Part shown: positions 36,527 to 45,733 of the stretch, piece after piece
How the letters are laid out: each line of letters begins with the position of its first letter
Numbering within the stretch: position 1 is the stretch's first letter
Virus record (IMG/VR): IMGVR_UViG_3300033141_003435
Coordinates: 1-58,261 of that record
Length of the DNA stretch: 58,261 nt
Reading direction: 5' to 3' (one strand)
Source: a virus
Taxonomy: Duplodnaviria > Caudoviricetes
Position numbers and translations under genes: made by a program
The notes under the pieces: generated by a model
What the model saw: only the letters and a program-made list of their open reading frames with translations
Told to the model about the DNA's origin: nothing
Databases searched by the model: none

Positions 36527-36914
36527 CTCCTGCACCCGGCTCCCATCGCTTCAGCACCTCTGTCAAAAGCTCCACGACCTTTTCTTGCCCCTCGAATGCC
36601 CGCTGCAACTCCTTTGCTCGTTTTGTGGCTTCCATCCCCGCATTCATCAACTCCACCCGCATCTTTCCAACGAAGCTCTCAACGGCAGCAGCGTTACTCC
36701 ACTCATGGGACTGCAAGGCTTTAGGATGACGCCTAGCAAGATCAGAAAGCTCCTTCCTTTCGAACAAAAGTCTGAGGGTGGCGTCTATGCCTTGAAAGTA
36801 CCCCCATAAGAGCAACGCCTCAGGCGTGGTGAAGTGAAGACTTGCAAAAGCTCTTGCAATTGTCGCTCGTGCCATCTTATCAACTACATCCTGCAACTTG
36901 ATCTGCTTAGGCAT
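36510..36914 (-). CDS. hypothetical protein
   Basis: 134 aa, first gene after promoter copy 3, AGGAGG RBS. Confidence 0.65.
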   Translation of the reverse strand: MPKQIKLQDVVDKMARATIARAFASLHFTTPEALLLWGYFQGIDATLRLLFERKELSDLARRHPKALQSHEWSNAAAVESFVGKMRVELMNAGMEATKRAKELQRAFEGQEKVVELLTEVLKRWEPGAGDGEKK

Positions 36915-36926
36915 TAATGCCTCCTT

Positions 36927-36964
36927 CCATTATTTTATTATAACTCTGCGAAATCTTTCGGAAA
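36927..36964 (-). promoter_or_regulatory. phage-specific promoter copy 3 (recombination operon)
   Basis: TTCCGA-N15-TATAAT-AAAATAATGG. Confidence 0.8.
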
Positions 36965-36967
36965 AAA

Positions 36968-37777
36968 TCACTGCAGCCCCCTCTCCGTGAATTGTTGAGC
37001 CGCTTCCAAAATGCTCTTCGGATGACCCATTCCTCGCACTTCAACACGCCTACTTGACTGTAACTCCTTCAATGCTCTTGATCCAGCGTAGTACTCATAC
37101 AACGTCATCCACCCTATGCTATCGATCTTCTCGTGTCCCAAACGCACGTTGAACATATGAATCTTGTCCAAATAGTAGAATCCCGCTCTAAGGTTGCGTT
37201 CAACGTCATAGCTGTCTTCTGGCTTCGTCCATAACATGTGCTTATCTCCACGAGCAAACAACTCATCGCAAACTTGCTTCATCGTAGAATCGATTATCTG
37301 CATCAACCCACGAGCCTCCCAAACAGGAGAGACCGCTCTCGGATTCCAGTTTGACTCCTTTTCAATAATCGCACAGTACAACGCCAGCGTTTGTCCACGC
37401 TTTCCGTACTCCGCAACTCCTTCAAGCATCGTTTCTGCCGCAACTCTCTTTTGAGCTGGTGTCAACAACTCCCTTCCCTTTGCGTCCCTTGCCTCCTTGT
37501 CAATAATGTTGTAAAGGAGCATCTTCTCCTCGAACGTTGTCGAAAGAAGAGCAAGCTGATTTTGTTGCTTAGACAGTTCGAGCTGAAGTCTGTCTATCCC
37601 GAGACGAGTCTTCATATAGACGCCTGCCCCAACAACCGCCGAACACAAAAGGACCACAAAGCAAAGAAGCACAAAGTATCCACGCACCTTCGCCTTTCTT
37701 TGTGCTTCCATCAAAGACGACTTGAGTCTCCTGTACGATTTCGTCGAGCGAGGAAGTTGTGTTGCATTATTTGCCAC
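36968..37777 (-). CDS. membrane-anchored lytic transglycosylase (SLT domain)
   Basis: N-terminal TM helix and coiled coil; IIEKESNWNPRAVS, ARGLMQI, NLRAGFYYL, YYAG. Confidence 0.88.
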   Translation of the reverse strand: MANNATQLPRSTKSYRRLKSSLMEAQRKAKVRGYFVLLCFVVLLCSAVVGAGVYMKTRLGIDRLQLELSKQQNQLALLSTTFEEKMLLYNIIDKEARDAKGRELLTPAQKRVAAETMLEGVAEYGKRGQTLALYCAIIEKESNWNPRAVSPVWEARGLMQIIDSTMKQVCDELFARGDKHMLWTKPEDSYDVERNLRAGFYYLDKIHMFNVRLGHEKIDSIGWMTLYEYYAGSRALKELQSSRRVEVRGMGHPKSILEAAQQFTERGLQ

Positions 37778-37790
37778 CTTCTTCCCTCCT

Positions 37791-37991
37791 TTAGACCCCG
37801 CAAAAGTCTTTGAAGCATGAAGGGCAAAGAGCAGAAATGCGATATTCCGCCACGTCGATCGGCTTCATAGTCTGTTCGTCGACTGACTTCTTGCATGAAA
37901 TGCAAATCTTCTGCGTCTTTGCCTCAGAAGCGGTCATCCCAAACATCCTCTTGGCAAAAGCATCCTTGAGCGTTTCCAAATCATTCGACAT
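37791..37991 (-). CDS. small Cys4 protein
   Basis: CISC...EYRISALCPSC. Confidence 0.6.
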   Translation of the reverse strand: MSNDLETLKDAFAKRMFGMTASEAKTQKICISCKKSVDEQTMKPIDVAEYRISALCPSCFKDFCGV

Positions 37992-38226
37992 GCTCTTCCT
38001 CCCTTACAGCTTGTCTAGAGGGCCTCTTCTCTCGCAGTCTCTCGGCTTCTTTCTTGAGTTCAGCGTTCTCTTCCATAAGAGCGGTGTACTCCTCCATGAA
38101 CTGCCACATGTGCTCTCTCATCTTTGAGAGCTTTGAAACCGCTCCCAAAGACAGAACGATCACCCCAAGAATGAATCCGACGAAAAGAGCGAAAACAGCC
38201 ACTACCCAAGATAGCGCATCAGACAC
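37981..38226 (-). CDS. small membrane protein
   Basis: N-terminal TM followed by a coiled coil. Confidence 0.55.
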   Translation of the reverse strand: MSDALSWVVAVFALFVGFILGVIVLSLGAVSKLSKMREHMWQFMEEYTALMEENAELKKEAERLREKRPSRQAVREEEHVE

Positions 38227-38476
38227 TCTTCTCTCCCTTCTCGCCTCTGACTTTCGACAACAGCCCCTTCAGCTCATCGTCTACGGCAACGAACATAGAG
38301 ACCGTATCACCCAAGAGGTGAACGTTTTTAAGCTTAGCTACAAGCGTCGCAACAACATCACGTCGTAATCTCAGTCGCGTCTCAGCAGGAATATCACATC
38401 GAAATCGCACCTCAAGAAGAATAGAGACAACATCCCTCTTCTCAGCAGACTTTTTTGTCGTCAAACACTTAGCCAT
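38219..38476 (-). CDS. hypothetical protein
   Basis: 3' part of ORF 38219-38695 that does not overlap its neighbour. Confidence 0.45.
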   Translation of the reverse strand: MAKCLTTKKSAEKRDVVSILLEVRFRCDIPAETRLRLRRDVVATLVAKLKNVHLLGDTVSMFVAVDDELKGLLSKVRGEKGEKSV

Positions 38477-38759
38477 TTTTTGCCTCCTCAATTTCTTCAA
38501 GCTCTGATTCGTGAACAAGCTCTCCGAACCCGCCCACTTTACCGTAGTAGACCTCACCTTCGATTGGAAGACCCTCAAATGCGGACCGCACACTGTAAGA
38601 CATACACGCAGGATTTCCGATTTGATGCATCCACCCATCCGACCAGATGTCTGTGTCCTTTCCTTCAATGACAATCGTCGGATTAGAGTCCCCATACTTC
38701 TTGGCGAAATACGGAGAATTCCCTTTGATTCGATACGTCTTACCAGATTCGATCTTCAT
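38469..38759 (-). CDS. hypothetical protein
   Basis: 96 aa, AGGAGGAG RBS. Confidence 0.65.
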   Translation of the reverse strand: MKIESGKTYRIKGNSPYFAKKYGDSNPTIVIEGKDTDIWSDGWMHQIGNPACMSYSVRSAFEGLPIEGEVYYGKVGGFGELVHESELEEIEEAKNG

Positions 38760-38777
38760 CAGACTCCTCCTTGATAC

Positions 38778-39176
38778 TCACCACTCCCTCTCGACATCGC
38801 CGTTCTTTCGCACCTCTTTGCCGCATTCCACACAAAATTCCCCTGTACGCCCCGTCCCGCTATAATTGAAGACCATGAGAGAGATAGTACGTTTGTGAGA
38901 ACACTCACACTTGTCCCTATCGTCATCGTTGTGCTTCCGAGCACCCCTATACCTCAGCTTCAAATGCACAGTGAATGTGTCTTCGAGCGGAAGCATCCCA
39001 ACATTCCGTGGGTCAATCCTTATGTACGAGTACTCTGTCCTTCCATGCCCACAACAAGATGCGATAGTTCGCAACCCAAAATCATTCAACGTTTGTATGA
39101 GGGGAGCAAGACAAGCGTCGATCATGACTTCCTCTCCCTCGATAATGACTTTCCGCTTCGTTCCCTCTTCACACAC
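38778..39176 (-). CDS. hypothetical protein with T-x-x-SCCGH motif
   Basis: IDACLAPLIQTLN..GLRTIASCCGHG plus C-terminal Cys pairs. Confidence 0.65.
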   Translation of the reverse strand: MCEEGTKRKVIIEGEEVMIDACLAPLIQTLNDFGLRTIASCCGHGRTEYSYIRIDPRNVGMLPLEDTFTVHLKLRYRGARKHNDDDRDKCECSHKRTISLMVFNYSGTGRTGEFCVECGKEVRKNGDVEREW

Positions 39177-39201
39177 CTATCAGTCTTCTCCTAGAGTTCG
39201 A

Positions 39202-39531
39202 TTACTCGCCGCGAACAAACTGAAGGCAAGCTCGCAGTCTTCCAACAAGCGGCAGAAGTGAAGAATATATGCTGTCGATGCTCTCACACAGCTCAGAAAA
39301 GACAGACCCCGCAGTCTCTCCTTCCCGAAGCACTGACGATGCTTCTCCTCCTCCACTACGCGCCGCCGTCTCAAGAAATCCCAAGAAAAGAAGGTTATGC
39401 AGCTCTTCAAACAGCTCTCGCGCTTCGTTTGCCAGCGACGAGCACTGACGCGCAGTGCCCTTCAATTGGGAAACCTTGTCTCGGTTCGCCTCCACGATAG
39501 GTTTTCCTGGACGGACATCATGTCTTGCCAT
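39202..39531 (-). CDS. hypothetical protein
   Basis: 109 aa, GAGGAAAGG RBS. Confidence 0.55.
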   Translation of the reverse strand: MARHDVRPGKPIVEANRDKVSQLKGTARQCSSLANEARELFEELHNLLFLGFLETAARSGGGEASSVLREGETAGSVFSELCESIDSIYSSLLPLVGRLRACLQFVRGE

Positions 39532-39644
39532 CCTTTCCTCCTCTCATCCAATGAATTTGGCATTGTCAAGGAGTCTATCCCTGACACCACAGATTCGTGG
39601 TCGCCGTTTCCACCCACAATCCAAACGGAGGTGAATTACAAAAT

Positions 39645-40100
39645 TCATAGCAGCACTCCATCTCGAATGTCTTCTTTCAATAATGCCATCAATTCGCATT
39701 TCGATTTACGATAGTTTCGCCACGCATAGGGAATCATGTCCCAAAGCCTCTTCAACTTCCTATCCAATTCTGGGTGTTGATCTGCTATTTCTCGACACAA
39801 AAAGAGCTTACAACTTATACACTTGACAGTACACCCATTTGGGCCAAGATAGACACAACACTCACAACAAGTAACGTTCCTCGCACTTTCAAACTTAAGG
39901 TAGCTTCTACCTCTGTCTGCACAAATCACCCCCTTGCCAACTTTCTCTACCCGACAAGGATCATACCGCTTAATAAGAGAATCTGCGACAGCATAGACTC
40001 TATCGTAAAGCTCTTCCCACTCCTTCATCGTTTTTACTTTAAACACGGCTGTCTCACTCTGACCCCACCGATTCCTCTTTGCCATTCGTTGCACAGCCAA
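39645..40100 (-). CDS. Cys-rich hypothetical protein
   Basis: PC..C..CCECC...GCTVKCISCKLFLC. Confidence 0.65.
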   Translation of the reverse strand: MAVQRMAKRNRWGQSETAVFKVKTMKEWEELYDRVYAVADSLIKRYDPCRVEKVGKGVICADRGRSYLKFESARNVTCCECCVYLGPNGCTVKCISCKLFLCREIADQHPELDRKLKRLWDMIPYAWRNYRKSKCELMALLKEDIRDGVLL

Positions 40101-40839
40101 AACGGCGATTCCATTTCTTGAGGCGGCTTCTGACTATCTGCACTTTGCTTATGTGAGAAGCTGTCATAACGCGTCGTCGTTGGACATCCAAACAGAATTG
40201 TTCAAGCTCTGAGAAACTTGCTCCTTCCAAACTTTTCGCCAAAGCGCTTAAAGAAACGCCAAACTTCTCATCAACCCTGTCTTCAAAACGACGAAGCCAA
40301 TCCTCTATTTGCTTCCTGGTGGGGAGCGGAAGCTCCAACTCTATCTGGAACCGCTGTTTCACGCGTCGCTCAAGAAGCTCTGAACGAGTTGTTGCGGCAA
40401 TGACTACCACATAGCTTGGAAGTGTATCGACCTGAAGCAACAAAAAGCCCACAACGTCTCTGTCTCTCGCAACAACGTCAAATTCATCAAAGAACAGAAC
40501 ACATCGTCGTGTTCTGACTTGCTCGAACAGTCGCGCCAACCTAACAACGCTCTCCTCAAAAGAGTCTGCCAACACAGCTTCGTATCGAACAACAAAAAGC
40601 GGCAAAAGCAACTCAGACGCAATCGCCTCTGCCAATAAGGTCTTTCCGTTTCCCGACGAACCTGTGAGCAACACCCGGTGTCTCGGCTCAAGATTCTTCG
40701 CCCGGAGCAGCCCCGACTTATGCTGCTCCTCAATGAACTCCTCACATTCTGTCATGACAACATCGGGCAAAATAAGGTCTTGAATCTTTGCTGTCGGATG
40801 AACTTCCGTCAAGCACTCCAAAAAGCGCAAATCCTTCAT
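40054..40839 (-). CDS. AAA+ ATPase (partly degenerate)
   Basis: GSSGNGKT Walker A, VLFFDE Walker B, VVIAAT, RF. Confidence 0.88.
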   Translation of the reverse strand: MKDLRFLECLTEVHPTAKIQDLILPDVVMTECEEFIEEQHKSGLLRAKNLEPRHRVLLTGSSGNGKTLLAEAIASELLLPLFVVRYEAVLADSFEESVVRLARLFEQVRTRRCVLFFDEFDVVARDRDVVGFLLLQVDTLPSYVVVIAATTRSELLERRVKQRFQIELELPLPTRKQIEDWLRRFEDRVDEKFGVSLSALAKSLEGASFSELEQFCLDVQRRRVMTASHISKVQIVRSRLKKWNRRFGCATNGKEESVGSE

Positions 40840-41060
40840 TTAGACGCTCCCTTCTCAGACTTCTCGGGGACGAAATCGTACCGATCACCGTAGAAAACAC
40901 GCCGCAGACTGTGCGAATAGACAAAGACAGTTCTCTTCTTCGGATTCGTCATCGGACGAGCGATCTCAATGACCGTCCCGACTCCAAGAAGAACGGGCTT
41001 TGAGTAGCTCATATCCCAGATTTGAACTCTCTGTCCTCTTTCCAAATCGTCTTCGCTCAT
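40836..41060 (-). CDS. hypothetical beta-rich small protein
   Basis: LERGQRVQIWD..LGVGTV, resembling 22635-22874. Confidence 0.6.
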   Translation of the reverse strand: MSEDDLERGQRVQIWDMSYSKPVLLGVGTVIEIARPMTNPKKRTVFVYSHSLRRVFYGDRYDFVPEKSEKGASK

Positions 41061-41350
41061 CCAATTCCCCCACCAAACCAGGGCTTGTCGACCTTTCTTA
41101 GCATCGCTATCTCAAGCTCCTTCAACTGCTTGTCTTTCACATACAAAAGCTGGGTGAGCTTTCGCACTTTCTCTTCCAACATCCTCAACTCAGAAGAAGC
41201 TTCCTCTTTCCAATCTTCGATCGCCATCAACCGTCGTTGTACCGCCGTCAGCGTCGTGCGCACCGACTCCCGAAACTGCTGTGTCTCCTGCTCCATTTCA
41301 CTGAGCAAGTTCAACAGCACTCGCAACGAAAGCTTTTCTTTCTCATCCAT
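41057..41350 (-). CDS. coiled-coil protein
   Basis: From ATG 41350; heptad-like pattern. Confidence 0.6.
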   Translation of the reverse strand: MDEKEKLSLRVLLNLLSEMEQETQQFRESVRTTLTAVQRRLMAIEDWKEEASSELRMLEEKVRKLTQLLYVKDKQLKELEIAMLRKVDKPWFGGGIG

Positions 41351-43790
41351 GAAATTCGACCTCCTCCAGACTCCCCCACCTCTCACCAATCGAAATATCG
41401 ACCCGCAACGGAAACGACATAAAGTCAAACTGAAGAGATTCGGGAGCCTGCTTCATAAGCTGCACGATTTCTTCGACCTCCTCAGGAGGCGCATCAACGA
41501 CTATCGAGTCATGCACAGTCGCTACCAGCAACGACTTCAAACCATTGACTCGCAAGTACTCAGCGATCTCATTAAGCACAATCAAATTCAAGTCCGATGC
41601 TGTCGACTGAATCGGGAAATTGAATGCTTTCCGAATAGCGTCCGCCTCTTCGTAGCCCTGTAAGTTGCGTCGCCTCCCAAAGAAGTTCTCGATCACCTTA
41701 TTACCGGCTCGAATCCGATTTCTAATGCCGTCCTGATACGCACGCACTCCTCTAAAAACTCTAAAGTAGTGCGACATAAACTCTTCCGCGTCCGCCAAAG
41801 AAATTCCTGTTGACTCCTGTACCGTATATGGTGACCCACCGTAAATCAACGCAAAGTTCACCGCTTTTGCGATTCTTCTCTCTTCCGTCCCCTCCATCTC
41901 CTCTGCTTTGTATTCTCTGCCCTCTCTGATCGACTTGATTCGCGCCGCCGTTTCAGCATGTATATCACGTCCCGCCTCAAACGCCGCCTTGAGTTGAGGG
42001 TCTCCGCTTGCATAAGCCATTACCGCCATCTCCATTTGAGAGAAGTCAAGTTGTACAAGCTTTCCTCCCTCAAATCGAGAGCGAAAACAATCTCTGACTT
42101 CATACGGTAAATTCTGCATGTTGGGGTTCGAAGAGTTAAGTCTCCCACCTGAGGTGAAGAAGCCGTAGCTTCCATGCACCAACCCGTCGACATTCTTCTC
42201 TGCGAAATTCTTCAGATAAGTATTTAGCGTCTTCACCGTCCTACGATACTCAATCAGCCTTCTCGCAAAATCGCAACCCCTCGACGCGTAATTCTCAAGT
42301 ATGTCAGCTGTAAGTTGCGGCTGCCCCCGAGCCGTTCTCGAAATAACAGGCATATGATACCTGTCAATCAACACCTTCTTCAGTTGGGGAAGAGAGTTAA
42401 ACGAAAACGTCTCCCTTTCGTCATCCTCAATCATGGGATCGGCCCTAAGTTGACGAAGCAACGAATCCACTCTCGCTTGAAGCTCTCTCTGCTTTGCGTC
42501 CAACACCCCAAAATCAAGACAAAGGCCGTTCACTTCTATGTCTGTCAGTGTAGAAATCGTAGGGTTCATAATCTCTCTGTAGAGAAACATCATGCCCTTC
42601 TCTTTCAACTTCTCTTCAACTTCGGAAACCAGCCTCAACGCAAAAATGGAATCAAGAGCACAGTACTTAAAAAGCTTTTCTGTGTCTTTCTCCTCTAAAT
42701 TAGAGTAGTCACCGCCGATCAAATCTTCCTCGTAGCCCCCCTCTTCAGGAAAGTACTGCCACACCAAAGACTTCAACGCCGTCGACTGCTGAACTCCCTC
42801 ATTCAACAAGTGTTGTGCTGCCTGAGGGTCAATGTAGAAGCCCTCAACCCTCACTCCGTACTTCACACGCAGCCAAAGCATATCGAACTTGGCGTTTATC
42901 GCCACCTTCTTTGCTTTGCCGTTAAACAGATGCTGAAGCTTGCTCACCAAAAGATTGGAGCTACAAAACTCAGGAGCTTCTCGATGCTCCAGCGGAATCA
43001 CACAACACTCACTTTCAGTCGCAATCGACATACAAAGTATCCTTGCGCCCGATTCCCACGGATCCAAGCCCGTTGTCTCAAGATCGAACGCAAGCCACTC
43101 AGCGTCTCGAGCAAGAGATATAAACTCGTCTAACTCACGACAAGTCTTCACCACAGTAAAAGGGATGCTATCCCGAGTAGGCGCTCCACGCGAGAGAAGT
43201 TTGAGCACCTGTCGAAGCTCTCTTCTCCACTGATGTATGGCATTTGGAGAACGACAAACATAGCTGGGATGCCACAGAAAAAGAAAGACTGAGTCGCCTA
43301 TCTTTTTTACTGTCCCTCTTACGCTCCCAATCGAACGTGCCCCAGCCACCGCCTTGGCCGCTATCCCTCCCAAAACGATAACCACTTTATGATTGAGCAA
43401 CTCCTCCCACTCTTCCTTGTGCTGCTCCATACAGTAGCTTTGAGTGGCCGGATCAGGGTCAGCATTACCTGGCGGTCGACAATGTACAACGTTGGTGAAA
43501 CAAATCTGTGTGTCGTCAAGCCCCAACACTCTCAGCTCCCTACGCAACAACTGCCCCGATTGTCCGACAAACGGAATTCCTTTTATGTCCTCGAACTGTC
43601 CAGGAGCTTCCCCCAAGCAAACCAGCTCAGCGTCTTTGATTGGAATCGAAGCCGGAACTGGAAGTTTTCCGTACAACTTGCATTTCTTCTGCCCGCAACG
43701 CTCAGTAGGACGTGTTGTCCCTCGCTGACGATTCTCAACCCCATCAAATTGCTTCTTAATCAAGTCTGATGGCCTCGGCAATCTGCTCAC
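41343..43790 (-). CDS. polA: family A DNA polymerase with N-terminal family-4 uracil-DNA glycosylase domain
   Basis: UDG: GEAPG..E...PFVG.SG, TNVVHCRPP.N, HPSY; exonuclease: FDLETTGL, NAKFD, YCALD; polymerase: DFSQME, RRIAKAVNFALIYG, TVHDS. Confidence 0.95.
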   Translation of the reverse strand: MSRLPRPSDLIKKQFDGVENRQRGTTRPTERCGQKKCKLYGKLPVPASIPIKDAELVCLGEAPGQFEDIKGIPFVGQSGQLLRRELRVLGLDDTQICFTNVVHCRPPGNADPDPATQSYCMEQHKEEWEELLNHKVVIVLGGIAAKAVAGARSIGSVRGTVKKIGDSVFLFLWHPSYVCRSPNAIHQWRRELRQVLKLLSRGAPTRDSIPFTVVKTCRELDEFISLARDAEWLAFDLETTGLDPWESGARILCMSIATESECCVIPLEHREAPEFCSSNLLVSKLQHLFNGKAKKVAINAKFDMLWLRVKYGVRVEGFYIDPQAAQHLLNEGVQQSTALKSLVWQYFPEEGGYEEDLIGGDYSNLEEKDTEKLFKYCALDSIFALRLVSEVEEKLKEKGMMFLYREIMNPTISTLTDIEVNGLCLDFGVLDAKQRELQARVDSLLRQLRADPMIEDDERETFSFNSLPQLKKVLIDRYHMPVISRTARGQPQLTADILENYASRGCDFARRLIEYRRTVKTLNTYLKNFAEKNVDGLVHGSYGFFTSGGRLNSSNPNMQNLPYEVRDCFRSRFEGGKLVQLDFSQMEMAVMAYASGDPQLKAAFEAGRDIHAETAARIKSIREGREYKAEEMEGTEERRIAKAVNFALIYGGSPYTVQESTGISLADAEEFMSHYFRVFRGVRAYQDGIRNRIRAGNKVIENFFGRRRNLQGYEEADAIRKAFNFPIQSTASDLNLIVLNEIAEYLRVNGLKSLLVATVHDSIVVDAPPEEVEEIVQLMKQAPESLQFDFMSFPLRVDISIGERWGSLEEVEFHG

Positions 43791-43818
43791 AAGGCGACTC
43801 CTCTCATGGAGGAAAGAA

Positions 43819-43884
43819 TGAAGGGAGTCAGGGGAGGCAACAAGTGTCGAAAACCGGGGAATAAAGGAAGCCCGACTCCCTTCA
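43819..43884. other. hairpin in the polA leader
   Basis: TGAAGGGAGTC (43819-43829) / GACTCCCTTCA (43874-43884), extendable by GGG/CCC. Confidence 0.6.
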
Positions 43885-43956
43885 ATGTATCTCTTTGGAA
43901 GGGTCCGAACTCCTCTCTACCAACCGCGAAATTTTCTGAGTTCATCTTCCTTCCTT

Positions 43957-43995
43957 CCATTATTTTTATTATAATTCTGCGAAATCTTTCGGAAA
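43957..43995 (-). promoter_or_regulatory. phage-specific promoter copy 4 (polA operon)
   Basis: TTCCGA-N15-TATAAT-AAAAATAATGG. Confidence 0.8.
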
Positions 43996-44007
43996 TTTTT
44001 TAACAAT

Positions 44008-44373
44008 CTAAGCTCCAAAGCACCCGAAAGTGCGATCTAAAACTTCTTCCAAACAAGGAAAATCCGACGGAAACCGCCGAGAAAACTTCATTTCCACAGA
44101 AACTAAATTGTCGCCGTAGACTGCGCTCACCTCTCTTTCCCTCTCCGTCCAACCGTTCTTCACCAAAAAATCAACAACCTCCTCTACCGTAACAGAAGGA
44201 GACGAATCAGAGTCGGATTGAAAAACTAGCCGAAGTCCTACCGTAACTACAACACCAAGATCAATCTCCTCCATCACACATCCCTCTGCTGTCACTACTG
44301 AAGCTACATCATGCTCAATCCACATACCTGTACGTCGTACCCGACAAGCGAAGACTTCTCCGTCAGACATCAA
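44008..44373 (-). CDS. hypothetical protein
   Basis: 121 aa, overlaps the helicase stop. Confidence 0.55.
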   Translation of the reverse strand: MMSDGEVFACRVRRTGMWIEHDVASVVTAEGCVMEEIDLGVVVTVGLRLVFQSDSDSSPSVTVEEVVDFLVKNGWTEREREVSAVYGDNLVSVEMKFSRRFPSDFPCLEEVLDRTFGCFGA

Positions 44374-45733
44374 CTTCTCCTTCTTCCCACCTCTGCTGCA
44401 TTCGTTCGAACTCCTCCTGCGGAATCGTTCCTCCCTGTATCTCCCAAAATCTGTTTGAAGCCAAATCCTCTTTGAACGGGATGGTCACCTCACTAATGTT
44501 ATCACGATTCTTCGCCAGAAAGAATCGCCCTTCGTTGATCCTTCTCTCTCGCGTCGTACGACAGATGGCAAGAACAACGTCCGCTACCATCGCCTTCTCG
44601 AAACTCTCAGCGATGTCAAGCACCGTTATAATCGGCTTTGACAGCCCAGAACGATTCGTTTGAGATGCTGTCCAAATAGGCTTGTCCAACTCCATTGCGA
44701 GTCCTCGAAGCGTCTCGTAAATCGACCCAAGCTGATGTCGTGTCTCTGCTCTCGCATAAGCGACCTCTGGACGCATCAGATCGGCGTAGTCAACAATGAT
44801 AACATCGGGATCAAACCCTTCTCTCAAACGAAGAGTGTAAATAAAGCCTCTCAACATATCGACTGTACAACTCCGCGAAGGCCACTCCTTCACAACCAAG
44901 TCTGCGTTTCCAACAACCCTCCGAATCCTCTTCATCTTGCGTCTAACTTCGTCCTGTCTATCAAACAGTTCGTCTTTTGCCACCTTCGAAAGAGACGAAA
45001 CGTAACGAGCCTTCACTCTCTCCTTACCCAGCTCAAACGTCACATGTAGAGGTTTCTTCCCAATCCGAAGAACGTTGCACCCGATCTGTATCAATACAGC
45101 ACTTTTCCCTCTTCCCGTTGGAGCGAGCACAATCCCCAACTCTTTCCCACCAAGACCGCCTCCCAGAGCTTCGTCAAGCTTTCTAAACCCAGTTGAAATC
45201 TTCCCTTCAGAACTAGATCGAAACGACAACTGATCGATATCGCGAAGAAGAAAATCTCCCGCATCCTCCCCCCCAGCCATCATCGTCGCAATCTTGCGAA
45301 ACTGCTGTGTGACTACGGATGTGCTCACTCTCTCAATGGAAACGGCCTCTGTCTGCGCAACACGACTAAGCTCTAAAAGCTCTCTACGAAGTAAGAAGTC
45401 GTAAACACTATCGACAACATACTCTCGCTCCTCCAACGAGACACTGTAGACTTTCGTCACCTCCGCCCAGAAATACTGGTCTGGCACGTACGACTTTTCG
45501 CTATCTAGAAGACGCTGCAGCTCACTTTGTAATGTGCGTTGTGAAGGAACTCTCTTATACTCACTGAAGTGGTGCTGCACGATTCGAAAAATCAAGCGAT
45601 GAATCGGATTGTCAAAGTGCCTCTCTTGCAGAACACCGCTAAACTTCGACATCACCACCTTGTCGCGTGCAACATATCCCAAAACTGTCAACTGAAGTTC
45701 TTGAGAAAGAACTTGCTCGTTGTTCACAACCAT
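44363..45733 (-). CDS. dnaB: replicative DnaB/gp41-like helicase
   Basis: LAPTGRGKS, TFEL, IVDYADL, WTASQTNR, AESFEK, KNR. Confidence 0.93.
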   Translation of the reverse strand: MVVNNEQVLSQELQLTVLGYVARDKVVMSKFSGVLQERHFDNPIHRLIFRIVQHHFSEYKRVPSQRTLQSELQRLLDSEKSYVPDQYFWAEVTKVYSVSLEEREYVVDSVYDFLLRRELLELSRVAQTEAVSIERVSTSVVTQQFRKIATMMAGGEDAGDFLLRDIDQLSFRSSSEGKISTGFRKLDEALGGGLGGKELGIVLAPTGRGKSAVLIQIGCNVLRIGKKPLHVTFELGKERVKARYVSSLSKVAKDELFDRQDEVRRKMKRIRRVVGNADLVVKEWPSRSCTVDMLRGFIYTLRLREGFDPDVIIVDYADLMRPEVAYARAETRHQLGSIYETLRGLAMELDKPIWTASQTNRSGLSKPIITVLDIAESFEKAMVADVVLAICRTTRERRINEGRFFLAKNRDNISEVTIPFKEDLASNRFWEIQGGTIPQEEFERMQQRWEEGEVDV

